A program made the translations under genes and the position numbers. Positions 19,101 through 29,474 of a DNA stretch of 64,000 bases are shown piece after piece. The DNA comes from Myxococcales bacterium. Its GTDB lineage: Bacteria > Desulfobacterota > Binatia > HRBIN30. The notes beneath the pieces are model-generated. The model made no database searches. It was not told the DNA's origin and saw only the letters and a program-made list of their open reading frames with translations. Each line of letters begins with the position of its first letter. Position 1 is the first letter of the stretch. The stretch lies in assembly GCA_037445065.1 (NCBI GenBank), contig JBBILD010000014.1:29496-93495 (forward strand), given 5' to 3'.

Positions 19101-21644
19101 TCAGGCAGCGGCCCCCGCACGGGCGTTCCGGATTGCTTGGCACATAGTGGCGAACAGAGATGGGGCCTGGATGGGTTTGACAACGTACCCATCCACTCCA
19201 GCCGCAAGGCAGCGTTCTCGGTCTTCCTGCCAGGCTTGGGCTGTCACGACAACGATCGGCAGGTAACGGCCGGTCCTACACAGGCGCTGTCCCTTGGCCT
19301 CAGCCTCGCGGACTTGTCTTGCCACCTCGAGCCCGTCCACGCCCTCGAGCTTCAAGTCCAGGACGAGAATGTCAGCGGCTTGCTGCTTGAGCTCCCTGAT
19401 CACGCGGTTCCCGTCGGAGACTACCTGGACAGAACAGTGCAACCGTTCGAGGAGCCGCCGGAAGAGAAGTTGGTTGACCGGGTGATCTTCCGCGACGAGC
19501 ACATTGCATCCGACCAGAACCTGAGTGGTCTCTCCGGATGCTTGCGGCAATGTCGTGGCCTCGATGAGTTCTTCCTTGGGCGCTTCTAGGGGGACCACCA
19601 CGTGGAAGGTCGTGCCTCGGCCGGGCTCGCTTTCCGCCCAAATATGACCTCGAAGTAGACGGACGAGAGCGTTGCAGATGGCGAGACCAAGCCCGGTGCC
19701 GGGAGCTGCATGGTGCCCAGAACTGCTTTGTTCGAATGGTAAGAAAATCCGCTGCAAGTCTGCAGCTTCGATTCCCGGCCCTGTGTCTCGCACTGCAAAG
19801 TGGACGACGGCTGTACCACCGTGGTTCGACGCATTCGAGACTGCTCTCGCTTGCAGCTCCACCTCCCCTTGCTGGGTGAACTTGACGGCATTGCCCACCA
19901 GGTTGACCAAGATCTGCCGGAGTCGAGTGGGGTCGGACTTGACCGTTTTCGGTAGGCTCGGGTCAATGGAGAGGGATAAGCGCAGGTGTTTCCTTTGCGC
20001 TTGCAGCAGGAAGAGCTGATAGACCTGCTGGAGCAGCGGGCGGAGCCGGAATTCGCATTCGTGCAATTCGAGCTTGCCAGCTTCGATACGCGACAAATCG
20101 AGGATGTCCGTCAGGAGCGCGAGTAACGCTTCTCCGGAACTCAACGCTAGCTCAACGTACTCCCGCTGGCGTGCATCCAAGCGAGTGTCTCGGAGAAGCT
20201 CGATCATCCCGAGCACGCCAGTGAGAGGCGTGCGGATCTCATGGCTCATGTTGGCGAGGAAGGCGCTTTTCGCAGCGGTGGCTTTCTCTGCCGCTTCTTT
20301 GGCTTGGCGTAGTTCGCTTTCCAAGCGACGCCGTTCCGTGACGTCTTCGATGAGCGAGACGAAATGCACCGGAGCGCCACTCGAATCCCGGACCAGTCCG
20401 ACCAGCAGCCTCGCAAACACGATGGATCCGTCGGGGCGTAGATAGCGCTTGTCCATCTCGTAGGTGTCCCGCTCGCCCTGAAGACACTGGGACACAAGCT
20501 CGAGGCCCCTCTCGAGATCTTCAGGATGGGTAATCGACTGGAAATCGGTTGCCAGCAATTCGTCGGTGCTGTAGCCGAGCATGTTGCACAAAGCTGGATT
20601 CACGCGCAGAAAGCGGCCACTTGGTGCGACGAGGGCGATGCCGATCGGCGCTCGTTCGAACGCGCTGCGAAAGCGTTCCTCGCTGAGGCGAAGGGCTTCT
20701 TGTTGTTGCCGTTGCTCGGTGATGTCACGCGCCACAGCTTGAAAACCGACCCGCCGGTTGCCCTCCACCAGCAACTGCACATTTTGCGCAAGCCACCGAA
20801 CTTCTCCTGAGGAGCTTACCACCGGTACCTCACGGTAGGTGACCGGGATTCGCTCGCGGAATTGCTGCAAGTAGAAGCTAGCAACTTCCTCACGGGCCTC
20901 TGGGCACACAAAATCAAGGTAAGGGCGCCCGTAGTACTGTCGCGCTTGTTCGCTGAAAATCCTGGCGGCGGCTTTGTTTGCGTAAACGATCCGGCCATGT
21001 TCGTCTGCCCGGTACATCAGGTCGACCGAGTTCTCCACCAAGTTCGCGTAACGCTTTTCGCTCCCTTGCCACTGGCGTTCCCGCTCGATGGCGTCTCGAT
21101 GCGCCCTAGCCACATCGGCGGCAACGTATAGCGACGGCAGGAGTGCGGCGAATGAGAAAAAGGCGGCAGCAAGCGTGTCTCGGTTTGCTTCATGCGGGGC
21201 GTGAAGAGCATTCCAAACGAGCCACGGTAACATTGTCAGGATGGTGATGAGCTGCGCGCGCCAGCCCCAGGGGAGTAAGGCTGCCAGCGCCATGGCGAAC
21301 GTGGGGTAAAACAGGAGCGCTGTTAACGATTCCCCGTAAAGAGCGCTTTGCCAGGCCACGCTCGCATACAAGACGGCTCCGAATGCAAGACCCACAGCAG
21401 TGGAATGACCCCGGAAGAACTGATGGCGGAGTACCCGGAATTCGATCATCAGGACGCCGACCTGGAGAGCCTTGATCATCAGGTGCAAGCCGAGCTGTGC
21501 TGGGCGTATCCACGCGTCGAGTAGGGTAAGAGAGAGAAAAAACAGGCAGGCGATCGGTACGCCCGCGCGAATTCGCGCCGCAACGCGTTCGGCCAAGATG
21601 CGCCTGGTCTCTCTCAGATATGGCTCCTTTGCGTGACTTTGCAC
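19101..21644 (-). CDS. Membrane hybrid sensor kinase (TM-PAS-PAS-HisKA-HATPase-REC)
   Basis: About 5 TM segments, two PAS/PAC domains (RDITE, EDVTE), FLANMSHEIRTPL, NAVKFT, GTGLGL, receiver AEDHPVNQ...LDL; start codon uncertain. Confidence 0.9.
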   Translation of the reverse strand: MQSHAKEPYLRETRRILAERVAARIRAGVPIACLFFLSLTLLDAWIRPAQLGLHLMIKALQVGVLMIEFRVLRHQFFRGHSTAVGLAFGAVLYASVAWQSALYGESLTALLFYPTFAMALAALLPWGWRAQLITILTMLPWLVWNALHAPHEANRDTLAAAFFSFAALLPSLYVAADVARAHRDAIERERQWQGSEKRYANLVENSVDLMYRADEHGRIVYANKAAARIFSEQARQYYGRPYLDFVCPEAREEVASFYLQQFRERIPVTYREVPVVSSSGEVRWLAQNVQLLVEGNRRVGFQAVARDITEQRQQQEALRLSEERFRSAFERAPIGIALVAPSGRFLRVNPALCNMLGYSTDELLATDFQSITHPEDLERGLELVSQCLQGERDTYEMDKRYLRPDGSIVFARLLVGLVRDSSGAPVHFVSLIEDVTERRRLESELRQAKEAAEKATAAKSAFLANMSHEIRTPLTGVLGMIELLRDTRLDARQREYVELALSSGEALLALLTDILDLSRIEAGKLELHECEFRLRPLLQQVYQLFLLQAQRKHLRLSLSIDPSLPKTVKSDPTRLRQILVNLVGNAVKFTQQGEVELQARAVSNASNHGGTAVVHFAVRDTGPGIEAADLQRIFLPFEQSSSGHHAAPGTGLGLAICNALVRLLRGHIWAESEPGRGTTFHVVVPLEAPKEELIEATTLPQASGETTQVLVGCNVLVAEDHPVNQLLFRRLLERLHCSVQVVSDGNRVIRELKQQAADILVLDLKLEGVDGLEVARQVREAEAKGQRLCRTGRYLPIVVVTAQAWQEDRERCLAAGVDGYVVKPIQAPSLFATMCQAIRNARAGAAA

Positions 21645-21661
21645 CGTCAACACGCGAGCGA

Positions 21662-21678
21662 AGCAAGTTCCGGGCCGA
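21662..21678 (-). promoter_or_regulatory. Candidate sigma54 (-24/-12) promoter
   Basis: Minus strand reads TCGGCCCGGAACTTGCT (GG-N10-GC with TTGCT), just upstream of the hybrid kinase. Confidence 0.3.
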
Positions 21679-21850
21679 CACCTTGCCGTTGTGATCGTCA
21701 CGGATGGGTTGCACACAGGCCGAGCGGGAGAGTGACGATTCAAAGGCACTCCGGTTCATACGGGTGATGCAATCAACAACGGTAGCAGTGTGGGAGGCGA
21801 AGACAGGGTCAGGCCTTGCTGTTTGATACCTCGGCCCTTTTCGCCAACGA

Positions 21851-22612
21851 CTACGCTAGGCCGTAGCCGCCGTCTACGTGCAGACAAGTGCCGGTGATGT
21901 AGCTGCTCGCGTCGGAGGCGAGGAAAATGGCGGCCCCCTCCAGCTCGGTGAGTTCCCCCAGGCGTTGCATGGGTAGCTCGCGGATAAAACGTTGGCCCCG
22001 CTCGGTAGAGAAAAATTCGCGGTTCATGTCGGTAAGGAAGTAGCCGGGGCAAATGGCGTTGACCTGCACGTTGAAGCGGACCCATTCGAGGGCCAGGACA
22101 CGCGTGAATTGCACCAAAGCCGCCTTGCTCGCGCTGTATAGGGACATATACCGGGCCGGACGGGTGGCAAGAACAGAGGCTACATTGAGGACCTTGCCCT
22201 TGCGGCGCTCGATCATGTGCGGCCCAAGGTGCTTGCAGCACAGCATCGGGCCGAGGACATTGACGCTCATCACTTGCTGCCACTCTTGCGGATTGAGTTC
22301 CAGGAGCGGTCGGCTTGTTCCGACTCCAGCGTTGTTGACCAGGATGTCCACGTGTCCCATAGCCGCGAGCGTCTCCTGGACCAAACGGCGAACCTCGTCC
22401 TCGCGAGTGACGTCTGCGGTAATCGCGGCAGCGCGGCGGCCCAGGGCTTGGATTCCTTGCGCCACGGCGTTCAACTCACTGGAGGAACGGCTGCAGACGG
22501 CGACATCTGCTCCCGCGCGTGCCAGCGCAAGGGCGATGGTTTTGCCGATCCCGCGGCTTGCACCGGTGACCAAGGCGACTCGCCCGCTCAAGTCGAAGCA
22601 GTTCATGGTCAT
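21851..22612 (-). CDS. SDR family oxidoreductase (KduD/FabG-like)
   Basis: TGASRGIG, NNAG, YSASK, VNAICPG. Confidence 0.92.
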   Translation of the reverse strand: MTMNCFDLSGRVALVTGASRGIGKTIALALARAGADVAVCSRSSSELNAVAQGIQALGRRAAAITADVTREDEVRRLVQETLAAMGHVDILVNNAGVGTSRPLLELNPQEWQQVMSVNVLGPMLCCKHLGPHMIERRKGKVLNVASVLATRPARYMSLYSASKAALVQFTRVLALEWVRFNVQVNAICPGYFLTDMNREFFSTERGQRFIRELPMQRLGELTELEGAAIFLASDASSYITGTCLHVDGGYGLA

Positions 22613-22707
22613 ACAGGGCCGCTCTATACGGGCGAGCCACCCCGCCCGCAACCACGCACTTCGCTAGGACTTCGTTTCACCACGTTTCGCCAGCAGCGCG
22701 TTTCGCC

Positions 22708-22847
22708 AGGACACCCATCGCATGAAAGTACTTTGAAAGGACACCCATCGCTTTGCTCTCTTTGAAAGGACACCCATCGCAAGCACTAGGCCCGCTCCAT
22801 GTGGGGAGACCCATCGCAAGGGAGGCCCATGTGAGGACACCCATCGA
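22708..22847 (+). repeat. Array of five 14-bp direct repeats AGGACACCCATCGC
   Basis: Copies at 22708, 22738 and 22767 (exact), 22804 (2 mismatches) and 22834 (1 mismatch); spacers 16, 15, 23 and 16 nt. Confidence 0.9.
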
Positions 22848-23661
22848 AAGGGGAAGTCTTAGGGAGTACAACCAGCACTAGCAGCTTCAGAAACGACTAC
22901 TTAGTTGTCCGGGACGCCCCAAAGGGAGAGCTCGCCGCATCCATCCATGCCGGGAGGGGGCAGTTCAATTGGGCCCAGTCCAACCTACTGGGCGCCGGGA
23001 CGGAGTTTAGGAACACCCCGTGAAAATCTTGCGGGAGGTGTCGTGCCTCGAGATGCAGCAAGACCAGTAGAGCGCACTCAGTTCACGCTGCACAAGCCGA
23101 TACGTGCTCGCTCATTGGGCGTGCGCCAAGCGGCGACGTCATGGGCACCCGACGGGTCGATCCGCGTCTGCCCGCTTGGTGCCTGTTGGCGACGTGCGAT
23201 GTATCGCCGGACACGATGGCGCGCGAGATGTGCGGGAAATTGCGTGCAGACAGATTTTCAGGTTTTGTGTGCGATTGAGCCCGCCCCTGTCAGCAATAGT
23301 GACACGGGCGTCTCGCACCTGCGGGGATCCGGTTTTCGCAGGCCGCACGAGGCAGGGTTTCGCGGCTGAACCCAGCTAAAGAGTGCCGCCTTTGCCCGGG
23401 CTTCCTTATGAAACGGGCTAGTCTGACGGAAGCGCGGCGTGGGAGGAGTTCGTACGGAGGACGTTGAGGGCGCTGGGGATGGCAACCGTCTTGATCCGCC
23501 GGCGGGTTCGAGCGCGAAGTGCGGCGTTGCGAGGTGGGTCCGTCGGGCTCCGCGCAGCCAATATTTTTGCTAGTTTTTTTATTTGGTCGGCCTTGCCAGC
23601 CAGGTCGAACCTCTGCAACCGAGCCGCTTCTAGCGCACCACGTGCCGCTCTGGAGTCCGGC

Positions 23662-23901
23662 TCACTCCTGGCCTTCTTCGCCTCCGTTGACCGCTGCGTG
23701 CATCTGGAACATGAATTCCCGCAGCGTGTAGAGTGCGCGGGAAGGCCACTCGCCTCCCTCCAGGAGTGCCGCCAGCGACATCAGCATAGCAACGCGGATC
23801 AAGGGCTCGGCACGGTCGTCTTGCCAGACATCGAACGGCAAGGTTGTCAACACATCTACCTGGAAGAAATGGTCCCTGTCGCGAATGCACATGCGTTGCA
23901 T
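23662..23901 (-). CDS. Small hypothetical protein (79 aa)
   Basis: Strong RBS GGAGGAGG before ATG 23901; protein-like composition (MQRMCIRDRDHFFQVDVL...). Confidence 0.45.
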   Translation of the reverse strand: MQRMCIRDRDHFFQVDVLTTLPFDVWQDDRAEPLIRVAMLMSLAALLEGGEWPSRALYTLREFMFQMHAAVNGGEEGQE

Positions 23902-24838
23902 CGCCCTCCTCCCTTCAAGGAAGAATGCCCGCGGACTCATCAACTTTGATGCCACCACCTAGTTGGCAGCCTGCTCGTGGCCTCCCCCTGCGGTTCTACC
24001 CAGGGACAGCTCTTATTGAGCGCTGCTCTGACTCACAGTGAATCAAGGCGTGGCCGCGAGTCGTGCTGACTTTGTGGCTTCTGTTTGTACGCGTAACGCC
24101 CGCCTTATGGCCGGGGCAACTGCGGATGGCGAAACCCACTCAACCAATCGCACGCGAGTCGCTTGGGTCCCCGCACCGCCAGTGATCGAGCCCGGGGCGG
24201 CTTGTTTCATGCTGAGACCCAATAGTGTTGCTCACAAGACCTGCGGAGGTAGCTGGGTGTCCGCGAACGAGTCTCCAACGCCCCTACGTCGTGTCTCCGC
24301 AAGCTTCAGCTCGTGGCGGAGTGCCGAGCGGGTAAACTGGTCGCCACCGCTGGCAGCACGTGCAGCTACTCAACTTGATCTGCGCAGCAGCCCGTGCACT
24401 GCTGCTGCGACTTGGGGCATTCTGCGTCTGGGCGGTCCGTTCAGAGCATTCGCAGAACGCAATTTCGGTCCGAGGGTGCCCAGCGTGGGCCCGGGGGCGA
24501 CGCTGGGGCAATCACTGCCCTTTGTCGGGCTGGAACCGGCAAGGTGTCGCGTCAGCCGAAACAATCAGAGCTGGGGTGGGAGTGGTGCATCGAGCACGAG
24601 CGCTGTCTAAAAGGTCCGCTCGAAGCCTAACGCGACACCATGGGCTTCGCCGTGCAAGCGGCAGTGCCAGGAACGCGCGTTCGGGATGACGACTGGGCAG
24701 GGGACAAGGTTCACGACGCCGCTAGCGGGGCGGATTAGCGTCAGAGCATCAGGTGGTACCCCCCGTTTGTCCGCTACCACGTTCCGATTCTCGTGGTTCC
24801 CCCGATCGTTTACCGCCCGGTGTTACCAGCATCTTACG

Positions 24839-25024
24839 AGGACACCCATGATCTCAAAAGGTCATCTGAGAAGCATCCGAGAAGGACACCCATCGGGAGG
24901 AGATGCTTTTGAACCCCCCTGCAGGCCCTCCTTCCTCCCACAGTCCGCCCGCGGCATAATAAAAAGCTGGGCGTCTCAACCAGGGATACGCATTGGGAGC
25001 GGCACTTTCTTAAAAGGACAACCA
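24839..25024 (+). repeat. Cluster of AGGACACCCA motif copies
   Basis: AGGACACCCAT at 24839, AGGACACCCATCG at 24883, variant AGGACAACCA at 25015. Confidence 0.75.
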
Positions 25025-25459
25025 CCGCGGGGGGCGCCTTTAAAGTCCTCGCTGGTTCCCACTTCCTGCACCCGTGCGGCTTCGCCATAATGGCAAGCTA
25101 GGCACTCGTGGGAACTGAAGGGGCTCGGCCCTCTTGCAAGCCGCTGGCTCCGCTTTCGGCCCCTGCCGCCCGGCCTTCCTTCACCCCTCCTTTTCTTCCC
25201 TGAACGCTGGAACAGCGTACCGACATGGGCTCTCTTCAGCTCCACGGTGACAAATGGCGCGGCAGGGCAGGTTTCCCCCCGTCTTTGGAACGCGAGACCG
25301 GTAACCATAGTCAAAGGACATCGTTGGCCGGCGGGAGAAGGCCACGACGAGCAAAGGTTTCGATCGAGGCCCTGTTGCCTCAGTGTTTGCTGCCTCGGCT
25401 GGGATCATTAGGGCTTTCGCGGGGGCATCCCTTGTACAGGGATTAGGGATTCGCACCGA

Positions 25460-26302
25460 CTACGGGAGGGGAGGTGACCCTAGGATGGGGGCTCGTTGTC
25501 GCCAGATCCAAACACTTCGAGATCGCGCGACGATTCGTCCGTCCTTTCCAAGAACGCACTGAATCAGGCCCTTGGCACCAGCGTTACCGTCCGCAAGAGA
25601 CTCAGCGGGGTCCGGCCAGGTGAGAATCTCCAAAGTTTCCCCCACGCTTGCCTCGGAGACGTATTCGATGTCCAACACCTGAGGCCGAAGAGCTCGACCT
25701 TGTTCCAGCATTTTCCTCACGCTCCAACCGTATCTGTCCTCGAACCACTGGAGGGCCGCGTCTTCCAGAAAGTTCGCGTATTCGGCGTTGTTCACGTGAC
25801 CGACATGGTCGAGGTGGCTTGGAAGGACATCTCGTTCCATCCGGTGGGGATCGCCGTCGCCGTGGGTAGGTGGCGACGGAATCCGCGCAAAGCAGGCAGG
25901 CTCAGCGTTCCCTGCAAGCGCATGTGCCAGATCGGACGGTATGCGGGCTGGGCGCCACGAGGATAGGTCGCAATACACCCAGTCTGTGACCCCCTCCGCG
26001 ACGAGCAATCCCCGCGACTCGACACGGTACTCTCGTAGGGAACGAGCACGGCGAACATCAGCAACGCGTGTGGTCACTTGTAGTTCAGTTGTTCCGCCGG
26101 CAGGGCGGAAGCGAGCAACTAAGGTGCGGCGTACGAGCCATACTTTTCCTTCGTGGGCGTAGCGCTCGGCATCGTAACCCGCTGCAGCCGAGGCCTCCAC
26201 GGCGGCCCTTTCGAGCATTCCCAAGAAAGCGGACAGTTTCTGCTCTCCGACGAAGTCAACTTCTGCATGCGAAACGTGATGGGTCAACTGGTATGTGAAC
26301 AT
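25460..26302 (-). CDS. Acyl-ACP thioesterase (double hotdog)
   Basis: Two hotdog halves; DHVGHVNNAEYANFLED catalytic motif. Confidence 0.85.
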   Translation of the reverse strand: MFTYQLTHHVSHAEVDFVGEQKLSAFLGMLERAAVEASAAAGYDAERYAHEGKVWLVRRTLVARFRPAGGTTELQVTTRVADVRRARSLREYRVESRGLLVAEGVTDWVYCDLSSWRPARIPSDLAHALAGNAEPACFARIPSPPTHGDGDPHRMERDVLPSHLDHVGHVNNAEYANFLEDAALQWFEDRYGWSVRKMLEQGRALRPQVLDIEYVSEASVGETLEILTWPDPAESLADGNAGAKGLIQCVLGKDGRIVARSRSVWIWRQRAPILGSPPLP

Positions 26303-27090
26303 CGTGCTTGCCGTTCGTGCATTTTGCCCAAATGTTCGCGGCCGACTCTCTTAGCAGGAGGGGTGGACATATCGACGGGTGCTTCTTTTTGGTTTGGGAG
26401 AGAGGGCGGGTGCGATGGCTTTTGGTTGACGGGTCCCCTGGGGTGGAGCAACGTTCTTTCTGCACGACCCAGAGGCGCAACGCCGTGATTAAACGGACCC
26501 GCATCAGTGCCGTCGGCTTCACATTTGCAAGAGGGAAGTGGGCCTACGAGGGAGCGTGGCCCGCGGGCCGGCAGTGCGACTGGGAACTCTCACCGGTCGC
26601 TCCGATTTTCACGGGGATTTTTTGGGTGGCCTGTCTGGTCTCCTGTCTGGTCCTGGTCCCGTCAGGTCCGTTTGTTGCGTGCCCCATCTTTGCGCCGACA
26701 TCACGAACCATCACCTTCGATGAAGATGAAACGTACAGGTGCCCGATTTTCGCTCGTCCTTCTTTAAGCGAGAGAGAGGCTGAGGGAGCGGCGTCATCTC
26801 GTTGCTGCGCTAGCAGTGTGTCGGAGTATGCGCAGCCAAACCCTCGTACAAGCAGTGATCCCCAGGCAAATCGCTTTCGGGCGAGGAGATTTCCTTGTCA
26901 TGCGTTTATACGAACTTAAAAACCCTGGCTAGGTTTTTCTCCGACAGACTCGTAGGATCGTTCTCCAGAAAGTGGAGGCCGCAATCGCGAGAGTCTTCAC
27001 GTGCGAGTGTGGGAAGCAATTTTTCACCGCGAGCGCTGATTCGCGGGTCGGCACTCTGTAGGCGCCAAACCGGTTAAGTGTGCGAAGCCG

Positions 27091-28116
27091 TCAGGCGGCG
27101 CTTCGATAGAGCACACGAGCTGCCTCGCGGCCTCGGATCTTGCGCAACCCACGAGCCCGGCCAATGGCCAGAATTGCCTGCTCGTGACCGGCCATCGTCA
27201 AGAACGATCGGGAAAAGGTCCGTATCGCAGTCAGGAAACCTGCTTCGGTGAGGCCGAACCTCTGTAGAGCCTGGGATGCCCTGCCGGTACACCAGTTGAC
27301 ATCGCTGACCGGGAATCGCATCGCTTCTGCTGCGCCGTGGAGTAAGGCGATGTAATCGCCTCTTTCGATTGGCAGCCGTGGAAATCCGGTTACGGAAGGG
27401 CCTGACTCGTCTGCGAATGGCATCAGCCATCCTGTGTGAGACGCACCCGCAACGTCTGCATCATGGCTGGTTTGCGCACTACCGGCCTTCTCTCTCCCAT
27501 AATCGGTCGAACGCAGACGGTGATAGATCGAAGTGAAACGATCGCCTTCTAGTTCCGACGTCACACCAGCCCGAATGGGATTCAAATCCACGTAACTCAT
27601 GCATGTGAGAAGAGCGCCCTCATCAACAAGCGCTTGGGCGCGGAAACGACCCTCCCAGAAGCGGGCGGTGCAACCGTCTCCCCGGTTCGCCCGTCGGGCA
27701 ATCGCTTCATTGAGGCAGCGCATGAACCAACTTAGGTCGCTGAGGCGGCGCCGCCAGATTTCGATTTGCGCTTCTCGGTCTAGCCCAGTCACCCGCTGGA
27801 GTCGCTTGCGGCTTCTAGGGAATAGTTCGCTCCAGCGATCCAGCACTTCCTCGGCGTCCCATGAAGCGCTCCGCGCTTGGTCGATGAAAACGACCAAGTG
27901 AAAGTGATTGCTCATCACGGCGGAGCCGCAAACCTGGATGGCAAAAATCTCCGATAGAGTTCGGATGCGTTCAGTGAGCCAGCTCTTGCGATGGTCGCAA
28001 TTTTGGCCGGTTGCGCGGTCCTTCCCTCAGAGGAAAGCACGTCGCACGCATCGACTGATTACGTGATAGTAGGGAGTCACGCTAGTATCAACAATCAGTT
28101 TACGTGGCATGGTCAT
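27091..28116 (-). pseudogene. RAYT-like HUH/Y1 transposase (long form) interrupted by an in-frame TGA
   Basis: Translates MTMPRKLIVDTSVTPYYHVISRCVRRAFL*GKD...VMSNHFHL (HUH)...LSWFMRCLNEAIARRAN...FWEGRF...YVDLNPIRAG (catalytic Tyr); TGA at 28029-28027. Confidence 0.85.
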
Positions 28117-28390
28117 AGCCTAGGAATATACTTATTATTGAATCAGGTCAACGATGTCCGATTGAACCTGCAACAGTGCATGGGTCGGTACGGACCGCGA
28201 ACCACCCCACTTCGGCTGGAGACGGCGCTCCGTGTCCGCATCCAGGGCATTCTTTGCTCCCGAACGGGGCTGAGTTCCTCCCTGGGCGTTTTTTTTAGAT
28301 GGGAGGTCGCTCGTGGTTCGTAAGCGCAGAGGACAACTGCGAACACTGGTTCGCAACCCAGCCTCGCTTCAGGCCTGGGACGCGTACCGG

Positions 28391-29377
28391 CTACTCGGGC
28401 CGGTTCGCAGTTTGCGCCAGTTCGCCGATCTCATCAGGCTGCAGCACACGGTTCAAGATGCGAATATCAGCCATCTCGGCCGCTGCTGGGACACCTGAGG
28501 GAAGTTTGGAGCCAATGTAAACTTTCGGCTCCTCCCCAAAATTAGGGGCAAATTCGTGGGCTGCTTGCGAAACAAGCTTCCCGTTCACGTACAAGCGAAG
28601 CTGGCCTTGGGACCATACGCCGGTGACTTGGTGCCACTCACCCGGCTTCCAGTCGTCCAATGGCGCGCCTGCCCCTCGTTCGATTCCTTGGTCGTCGATA
28701 AACTCGAAGCGTAGAAAATTCACGTTTTTCGTGACACGGACGCCCCGCTCTCCTAACTGAACAAAGACGGCGTCGTTTTGGTCATCTGCTTGCCAGTCCG
28801 GCTTGACCCAAAGTGCGACCGTACCGGCCTCACCGCTAATCCTACCCACGTCGGTTAGTTCTACCTGAGTCTCAGTGAAAAACCTCCGGTCTTTACCTCC
28901 CTCGAATACGACCTCGGGCGGTACCTCGCCCTGGGCCGAGATCTCACTGCTCACCTCCAGGGCTTGACGCTGAACATTGGGATCCGGTTTGAGCTGTGCA
29001 ACTTTCTGATCCTTTGCTTCGCTTGGGGATCCAACCTCGAACTCGCTTTCTTCTCCAAGGTGTCCGCCGACACCCTCCCGCACCCTTGGCCGGAGCGCCT
29101 CACCCGTGGATCGAACCTCTGCACCCATGCCCCTCACACTTGCGGCGCTTCCTTCCGCGCTGCTCTCTCCGGGACGAGGACCACTTGGGTGCCGGTCCCT
29201 AGGTTGAGCCAAGAGCGGCCCTTTCTCCTGGTCCCGCGCTTCCCGACTTGCCCCCTTGGTGTCTGCGCCCAACTGACGCGACTCGTCTTGGGTTGTCGAA
29301 CCCCCAAAGAGGCGCAAGAGGCCAATGCCGACGACAATTCCGAGAAGCCCAAGCGCAACGATGACAGCCTTCCGCAT
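28391..29377 (-). CDS. Membrane-anchored LamG/ConA-like jelly-roll domain protein
   Basis: N-terminal TM, low-complexity linker, GTVALWVKP...WHQVTGVW...LRLYVNG...IRILNRVL..EI. Confidence 0.85.
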   Translation of the reverse strand: MRKAVIVALGLLGIVVGIGLLRLFGGSTTQDESRQLGADTKGASREARDQEKGPLLAQPRDRHPSGPRPGESSAEGSAASVRGMGAEVRSTGEALRPRVREGVGGHLGEESEFEVGSPSEAKDQKVAQLKPDPNVQRQALEVSSEISAQGEVPPEVVFEGGKDRRFFTETQVELTDVGRISGEAGTVALWVKPDWQADDQNDAVFVQLGERGVRVTKNVNFLRFEFIDDQGIERGAGAPLDDWKPGEWHQVTGVWSQGQLRLYVNGKLVSQAAHEFAPNFGEEPKVYIGSKLPSGVPAAAEMADIRILNRVLQPDEIGELAQTANRPE

Positions 29378-29474
29378 ACTTTGGGCATGCTGAACGTCCC
29401 TAGCGACACTGTCAACACCATCGCTGTGGTGGTTGATCTATTGCGCTTGCGGCCCAGCCTTTCTTTCAGGGGCA

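Noticed and set aside
22708..22847. CRISPR array
   Set aside because: Repeats are only 14 bp and non-palindromic, the spacers are short and related to each other, and there are no cas genes in the window
24193..24260. TPP riboswitch-like GGGG...CTGAGA
   Set aside because: Downstream CCTGA/TAAT/GCG-AGGGA core is missing and no thiamine gene follows
25150..25280. 6S-like long hairpin RNA
   Set aside because: Only a 9-bp outer stem and a 6-bp inner stem are visible, which is too little pairing to support the call
24038..25456. Several 60-190 aa ORFs, also in 26308-27077 and 29438-30488
   Set aside because: No RBS or recognisable motifs, and Arg/Ser/Pro-rich composition typical of non-coding GC-rich frames
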